Shown piece by piece: positions 8,455 to 12,771 of a stretch of 12,771 nt of DNA. The position numbers were made by a program, and so were the translations under genes. A model generated the notes under the pieces. That model saw nothing but the letters and a program-made list of their open reading frames with translations. It made no database searches and had not been told where the DNA came from. Where the stretch lies: the NCBI GenBank assembly GCA_037443365.1, contig JBBIOM010000027.1:10353-23123 (forward strand), read 5' to 3'. Position 1 is the stretch's first letter. Every line of letters begins with the position of its first letter. The stretch is from Armatimonadota bacterium (GTDB taxonomy: Bacteria > Sysuimicrobiota > Sysuimicrobiia > Sysuimicrobiales > Humicultoraceae).

Positions 8455-9955
8455 GAGCGCGCCAGTAGCGCCCCGGCGCCCCGACGGCTTCTGGGAGGGC
8501 GTGGGCCGCCTGCTGCCCGTCGCCCGCGCGGTGATGGAGTTCTGCTGGCTCTACCCATGGCTGGTCGTGATGGGTGGAGCCTTCTACGGCGCCACCGGCC
8601 CGCTGCTGCCGACGGGGTGGGCGTTCGTGTTGCTGGTGGGCGCGCAGGCGGCGGCGCACCACCTGGCATGGGGCGGCAGGCCCTCCGCGGCCGGCGACGG
8701 CGCGCAACGTGCCGCGCGTATCCTGCTGATCGGCGCAGGGGCCGTGCTGGGCCTGGTCGCCATCCACGAGCAGCACTACCCCGGGATGCCCCTGATGAGC
8801 CCAGCATGGGGCGTGGCCCTGCTCCGGGCCGCGCACGACTCCCTTCCGGAGGTCCCCAAGCCCGCACTCGCAGCCCTGGCGGCTGCTTGCCTGTGGTGGC
8901 GCGGGCTCGCGCTCGGCGCGCGCCACGTCGCCGCCATGGATATCGAGGAGGCATACAAGACAGGCGTGGGAATGGTCATCGCCTACCTGCTGGCCGCCGC
9001 GGTCTACGCCGGTACCAGGGGGTTTGTGGCCGCGGGGCCCGAGATGCCGCCGATGATGCTGGCGTTCTTCTTCCTGGGGCTGTCGACGCTGGCGCTGGCG
9101 CGGCTGGCCGCGATCTGGGAGAAAGGCCGGCCGGACGAGCGCAGCCAGGTCCCGGGGTGGGCCTGGATGATCCTGATCACGGGTATTGTCGGCCTGATCA
9201 TGCTGGCGGCCGGCATGATGGCCGGGATGGCCACCGCCGACGTCTTCAGGTATGTCGGCGTCGTGCTGCGTCCACTGCTGCCCGTTGTCGAGGCGCTGTT
9301 CGTGGTGCTCTTCATCGTGGCGGGCCTGGTGGTAAGGGTGCTCATCGCGGTCCTCTCGCGCCTGCCGCGCCGCGATATGCCCGACGTGGGTGCGGCGCCC
9401 ATGACCTTTGATGCGCTGCTGCGCCGCCTGCGCGAGATCGAGATGCATCCCCAGGTGGTCTCGGGCGCACGCTGGGGCATGGTCCTGGCCGTTGTCACAA
9501 TCCTGGTCGTGGGCATGGCCCTGACCATAGTGCTGCGCCGGCGCAGGGTGCGCGGGCCTGACGAGGACGACCACGAGTCGGTGTGGTCGCCGCGGGAAGT
9601 GCTGCGAGGGCTGATCGGCTGGCTGCCGCGCCTGGGAGGTCCCGCGGAGGCAGACGATGGCCTGGCCGCGCCGCCTTCCGGGGCGATCAGGCGGATCTAT
9701 CGCGAACTGCTTGCCCTTGGAGCCGGCATGGGGGTGCCGCGCCCCCCCTGGGCGACGCCGCGCGAGCATGCGCCTGGGCTGCGCGGGGTGATGCCCGCAT
9801 TCGAGACGGAGGTAGATCTGCTCACCGCGGCGTACGAGCGCGTGCGCTACGGCAGGTGGATCCCGGCCGCGGTGGATGTGCGCGGGGCCGAAGAGGCGCT
9901 GGCCCGCGTGAGGGCCGCGGCGCCTACGGCTTCTCCTGAGGAACGCAGCAGATGA
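8426..9955 (+). CDS. Polytopic membrane protein with a C-terminal DUF4129 domain
   Basis: About 9-10 TM segments and a C-terminal IRRIYRELL......GVPRPPWATPREH...LTAAYERVRYG typical of DUF4129. GTG start with GGGGAGG about 9 nt upstream, overlapping the DUF58 end by 29 bp; the start is uncertain. Confidence 0.85.
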   Translation: MRWITSGSSESAPVAPRRPDGFWEGVGRLLPVARAVMEFCWLYPWLVVMGGAFYGATGPLLPTGWAFVLLVGAQAAAHHLAWGGRPSAAGDGAQRAARILLIGAGAVLGLVAIHEQHYPGMPLMSPAWGVALLRAAHDSLPEVPKPALAALAAACLWWRGLALGARHVAAMDIEEAYKTGVGMVIAYLLAAAVYAGTRGFVAAGPEMPPMMLAFFFLGLSTLALARLAAIWEKGRPDERSQVPGWAWMILITGIVGLIMLAAGMMAGMATADVFRYVGVVLRPLLPVVEALFVVLFIVAGLVVRVLIAVLSRLPRRDMPDVGAAPMTFDALLRRLREIEMHPQVVSGARWGMVLAVVTILVVGMALTIVLRRRRVRGPDEDDHESVWSPREVLRGLIGWLPRLGGPAEADDGLAAPPSGAIRRIYRELLALGAGMGVPRPPWATPREHAPGLRGVMPAFETEVDLLTAAYERVRYGRWIPAAVDVRGAEEALARVRAAAPTASPEERSR

Positions 9956-10262
9956 ACTTGAGCGGCTCAGTACCCGTGTTCCTTATCTGATGCCGCTCGC
10001 CGGGCGGCACCCACATCACCACCCCGGGAGCCAGCGTCCACTCGCCCTGCTCGCCAACGATCACACCGCGCCCGGCGATCAGGTACATCTCCTGCTCGTA
10101 CCAGTGATCGTGCAGCGGCGTGGATACGCCCGGCGCCACCTCGAAGACGCGCATCGCGAAGTTCTGTGCGCCGCGCTTCCTGTCGATGACCCAGCGTATC
10201 TTGACGCCGGGCAGGTTCTCGGGCTCCTCGGCCGGCACGTCTTCCGGACGGAAGACCTCCAT
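9924..10262 (-). CDS. Cupin domain protein (Cupin_2, TM1459-like), 112 aa
   Basis: GAQNFAMRVFEVAPG.STPLHDHWYEQEMY...G.G and VPPGERHQIRNTG.EPLKFICCVP; purine-rich RBS (GAGGAAGGGG) upstream. Confidence 0.9.
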   Translation of the reverse strand: MEVFRPEDVPAEEPENLPGVKIRWVIDRKRGAQNFAMRVFEVAPGVSTPLHDHWYEQEMYLIAGRGVIVGEQGEWTLAPGVVMWVPPGERHQIRNTGTEPLKFICCVPQEKP

Positions 10263-10292
10263 GGCTACGTCACCCCTTCCTCGTGGTGCATG

Positions 10293-11789
10293 CTACGTCG
10301 CATCCGGCGAGATGGGGATGCGGACGCGAATGTGCGTTCCCTCCCCGGGAGCGCTGGAGATCTCCAGGAACCCTCCCAGATGCTCGGCCCGCTCGCGCAT
10401 TGAGCGCAAGCCCAAGTGCCCGGGGAACTCCCCCTCCGAGTCGAATCCACCCCCATCATCGTCCAACTCAACCGAGACCTCATCGTCGGTGTGGCTGAGC
10501 CTGAGATCTACCCGGGTCGCCTTCGCATGCTTGATCGTGTTGTGCAGTCCTTCCTGGACGATTCTGTAGAGCGCCTCCTTGACGCCCAGGGAGACGTCGG
10601 GCTCCTCGGGCAGAAAGGCCCGCGCATCGAGGCCGTGGCGTGCGCGCACGGCCTCGACCTGCTTTGCCAGCATCGCAACCAGTCCCTCTGACTCGAGCGC
10701 CCCGGGATGCAGATCGAAGATCAGCGTGCGCATCTCGGCCAGACCGGCCTCGGCGAGCGACAACACATAGCCAATCGGCTCAGCGGCCTTTGCTGGATCG
10801 CGCTGTAGCCACGCCTGCGCCGTGCGGGCGCCCAGCGCTATGCCGTAGAGCGCCTGCGACACGGAGTCGTGCAGCTCGCGCGCCAGCCGTTGCCGTTCCT
10901 CCAGCGCGGCCTTGTCCCGGGCCTCCACGAAGAGGCGGGCGTTCTCGACGGCCGCAGCCGCCTGGTCCGCGATCGCGGTCAGGAAGTCCACCTCGGACTG
11001 CCCCGGCTTCCGGCCGCCGGGATAGAACATGTTCAACACTCCGATCACGCGCCCCCAGTACCGTAGCGGCACGGAGACAACGGCCTCCCAGCCCGCCTCT
11101 CGTATGGCCGCGTGAACCGGAGCATACAGCGGATCGGCCAGCATCTCCTCGCAGGCATTGAGCCGCACCACCGGCCGGCGCGTCTGCGCGGCCAGCCTGC
11201 CCGGTGGAGGGGCTCCGGCGCGAACCGCGGCGCGCATCCCGGCGACGTGCTGGGGCGAGAGCCCATAGGTGCCTGTAACGCGGGCTCCCTGCAGCTCCTC
11301 GTCCATCAGGATGACGCCGCAGGCCGCGCCCCCGGTCGCGTGCGCGGCGGTGCGGGCCAGCGCGGCCAGCGTGGCTTCCAGCGATCCGGCCAGCGACATG
11401 CTCGATACGATCTGCGCCATGGCGTGGGCCTTGCGGGCCAGGCGCTGCGTCTCGGATTCGTCGCGCAGGAAGAGGGTGACCAGCGCCCGTCCGTCCAGGG
11501 AAAGAGGGCAGGTCGTGGATTCGATCTGGCGCTCCTCGCCGTTTGTGTGCAGCACGGGTGAGATCAAGCGGCGCGATTGTCCCGAGAAGGCCGCCTCGAT
11601 TGCTTCCTCGATGATGGGGCGGATGGGCTCGGGGAAGAGCGTCAGGATGTCTCGGCCCACCAGGTGCTCCGGGCCGCAACCGACCGTCTCACAGACCGCC
11701 GGATTGACGTAGAGGCACCGACGCGCAGCGTCGGTCACCACGATCCCGTCCAACGCCGCGCCGAACAGCGCGGCCAGCCGATCGGTCAC
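10293..11789 (-). CDS. Cytoplasmic PAS-GAF sensor histidine kinase, HisKA_3 / NarX-like
   Basis: PAS (DGIVVTD...YVNPAVCETVG), GAF (VSVPLRYWGRVIGVL...LTAIADQAAAAVENARL), H-box EERQRLARELHDSVSQ, N-box QEGLHNTIKHA and G-boxes DDGGGF, GLRSMRERA and GEGT. No TM segment. GTGA overlap with the regulator stop. Confidence 0.95.
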   Translation of the reverse strand: MTDRLAALFGAALDGIVVTDAARRCLYVNPAVCETVGCGPEHLVGRDILTLFPEPIRPIIEEAIEAAFSGQSRRLISPVLHTNGEERQIESTTCPLSLDGRALVTLFLRDESETQRLARKAHAMAQIVSSMSLAGSLEATLAALARTAAHATGGAACGVILMDEELQGARVTGTYGLSPQHVAGMRAAVRAGAPPPGRLAAQTRRPVVRLNACEEMLADPLYAPVHAAIREAGWEAVVSVPLRYWGRVIGVLNMFYPGGRKPGQSEVDFLTAIADQAAAAVENARLFVEARDKAALEERQRLARELHDSVSQALYGIALGARTAQAWLQRDPAKAAEPIGYVLSLAEAGLAEMRTLIFDLHPGALESEGLVAMLAKQVEAVRARHGLDARAFLPEEPDVSLGVKEALYRIVQEGLHNTIKHAKATRVDLRLSHTDDEVSVELDDDGGGFDSEGEFPGHLGLRSMRERAEHLGGFLEISSAPGEGTHIRVRIPISPDAT

Positions 11790-12436
11790 GCCCCGCCGCC
11801 TAGATGATCCAGCGAGACCAGCCCCAGCCTGACGGCGAAGAGCGCCGCCTGCGTGCGGCTCTGCACGCCGAGTTTGGCGAGGATGCTGCTGACGTGGGTC
11901 TTCACCGTCTTCTCGCCTATGCGTAGGGCCCGCGCGATCTGCTTGTTGGCCTGCCCCTGGGCCACCAGCCTCAGCACCTCGGTCTCGCGCTCGGTGAGCG
12001 CCTCAGGGCTCTGGGGCGCGCGGACCTCCCGCATCAGGCGCGCGGCCGCCTCCGGGGAAAGCTGGACCTGACCCGCGGCCGCGGCCTTGATGGCGCGGAT
12101 GAGGTCGTCGGCCTCGGTGTTCTTGAGCATGTATCCGATGGCCCCGGCCCGCACCGCGGATATGACGCTGGCGTCCTCCAGGACGCTCGTGAGAGCCATG
12201 ACCTCGACATCGGGAAGTTCCCTGCGGATCGCCTCGGTGGCGGCGATGCCGTCCATGACCGGCATAAGGAGGTCCATCAGCACGACATCGGGCCCAAGAT
12301 CCCGGGCCAGCCGGACCGCCTCGGCGCCATCCGCGGCTTCGCCAACAACCAGGAGCTCCGGGTCGAGCCCCAGGAACATGCGCAGGCCCTGTCTCACGAC
12401 GCTGTGGTCATCGGCGATCAGGATCCGGATCGGCAT
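11786..12436 (-). CDS. NarL/FixJ-family response regulator (REC plus LuxR HTH)
   Basis: [15 protein letters not shown], phosphoacceptor [18 protein letters not shown], and [12 protein letters not shown]...[42 protein letters not shown] upstream. Confidence 0.96.
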   Translation of the reverse strand: MPIRILIADDHSVVRQGLRMFLGLDPELLVVGEAADGAEAVRLARDLGPDVVLMDLLMPVMDGIAATEAIRRELPDVEVMALTSVLEDASVISAVRAGAIGYMLKNTEADDLIRAIKAAAAGQVQLSPEAAARLMREVRAPQSPEALTERETEVLRLVAQGQANKQIARALRIGEKTVKTHVSSILAKLGVQSRTQAALFAVRLGLVSLDHLGGGA

Positions 12437-12475
12437 CGCGGCCCTCTCCTGCCCGGAGCGTGCTCCGGCCTAGCC

Positions 12476-12504
12476 ATGATACGACTTCCCCTGGTGGATG
12501 GCCA
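12476..12504 (-). promoter_or_regulatory. Putative sigma70-type promoter for the regulator-kinase-cupin operon
   Basis: On the minus strand, TGGCCA (-35, 12504-12499), a 17-bp spacer and TATCAT (-10, 12481-12476), about 40 nt upstream of ATG 12436. Confidence 0.5.
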
Positions 12505-12515
12505 GCGAGGGGTCC

Positions 12516-12558
12516 CAGACCTTCTCCCGGCCTATCGCGAGGGTCCGCCGAAGGTCTG
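12516..12558. promoter_or_regulatory. 9-bp perfect inverted repeat, candidate response-regulator operator
   Basis: CAGACCTTC (12516-12524) and GAAGGTCTG (12550-12558) with a 25-bp spacer, in the divergent intergenic region next to the NarL-type regulator. Confidence 0.45.
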
Positions 12559-12655
12559 AGGCGCGGGCCGGCCCTTGGTGCGATGTACGGATCTCGCGGG
12601 TGCGGTGTAATGGCGCCAGAAGACATACTGAATCGACCTAGAGGAGGGAACGGAA

Positions 12656-12771
12656 ATGAAGAAGACCTTGATTGCCCTGATCGCGGGGATCGCACTCATC
12701 ACCGGATTCATGTACCTGCCGGCGGAAGCCCTGCTCGCGCAGGTGGATGAGGACAGCCAGTGGCTCCCGAC
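12656..12771 (+). CDS. N-terminus of a secreted protein (3'-truncated by the window edge)
   Basis: Strong RBS GAGGAGG (12641-12647) and ATG 12656, reading MKKTLIALIAGIALITGFMYLPAEALLAQVDEDSQWLP. This is a classic Sec signal peptide and the frame is open to the window end. A -10-like CATACT lies at 12624-12629. Confidence 0.8.
   Translation, partial: MKKTLIALIAGIALITGFMYLPAEALLAQVDEDSQWLP

Noticed and set aside
12408..12750. ORFs 12408-12695 (-) and 12460-12750 (+)
   Set aside because: They have no RBS or motifs and conflict with the promoter region and the better-supported signal-peptide gene at 12656.

Overview
GC-rich (roughly 70% by eye), very tightly packed bacterial chromosomal segment with about 14 CDS. 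I found no rRNA, tRNA, CRISPR array, IS or phage signatures. Four apparent transcription units alternate strand. (1) + strand, 1-2376: partial membrane protein, GMC-family flavoprotein oxidoreductase and a small gluconate-2-dehydrogenase-subunit-3-like partner. (2) - strand, 6165-2373: alpha/beta-hydrolase (esterase), RimK/glutathione-synthase-like ATP-grasp protein, exported 5'-nucleotidase-family metallophosphoesterase with an extra N-terminal beta-rich domain, and a small beta-grasp (ThiS/MoaD-like) protein lacking the C-terminal GG. (3) + strand, 6224-9955: MoxR AAA+ ATPase, DUF58 protein and a DUF4129 membrane protein with no transglutaminase domain. (4) - strand, 12436-9924: NarL/LuxR response regulator, soluble PAS-GAF-HisKA_3 kinase and a cupin. 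A secreted-protein gene missed by the ORF track starts divergently at 12656, beyond a sigma70-like promoter and a 9-bp inverted repeat. The best candidate for an uncharacterised system is the esterase / ATP-grasp / nucleotidase / ubiquitin-like cluster. Its linkage is visible in the sequence, but its function is inference. All family assignments come from motif recognition by eye, not from database searches.
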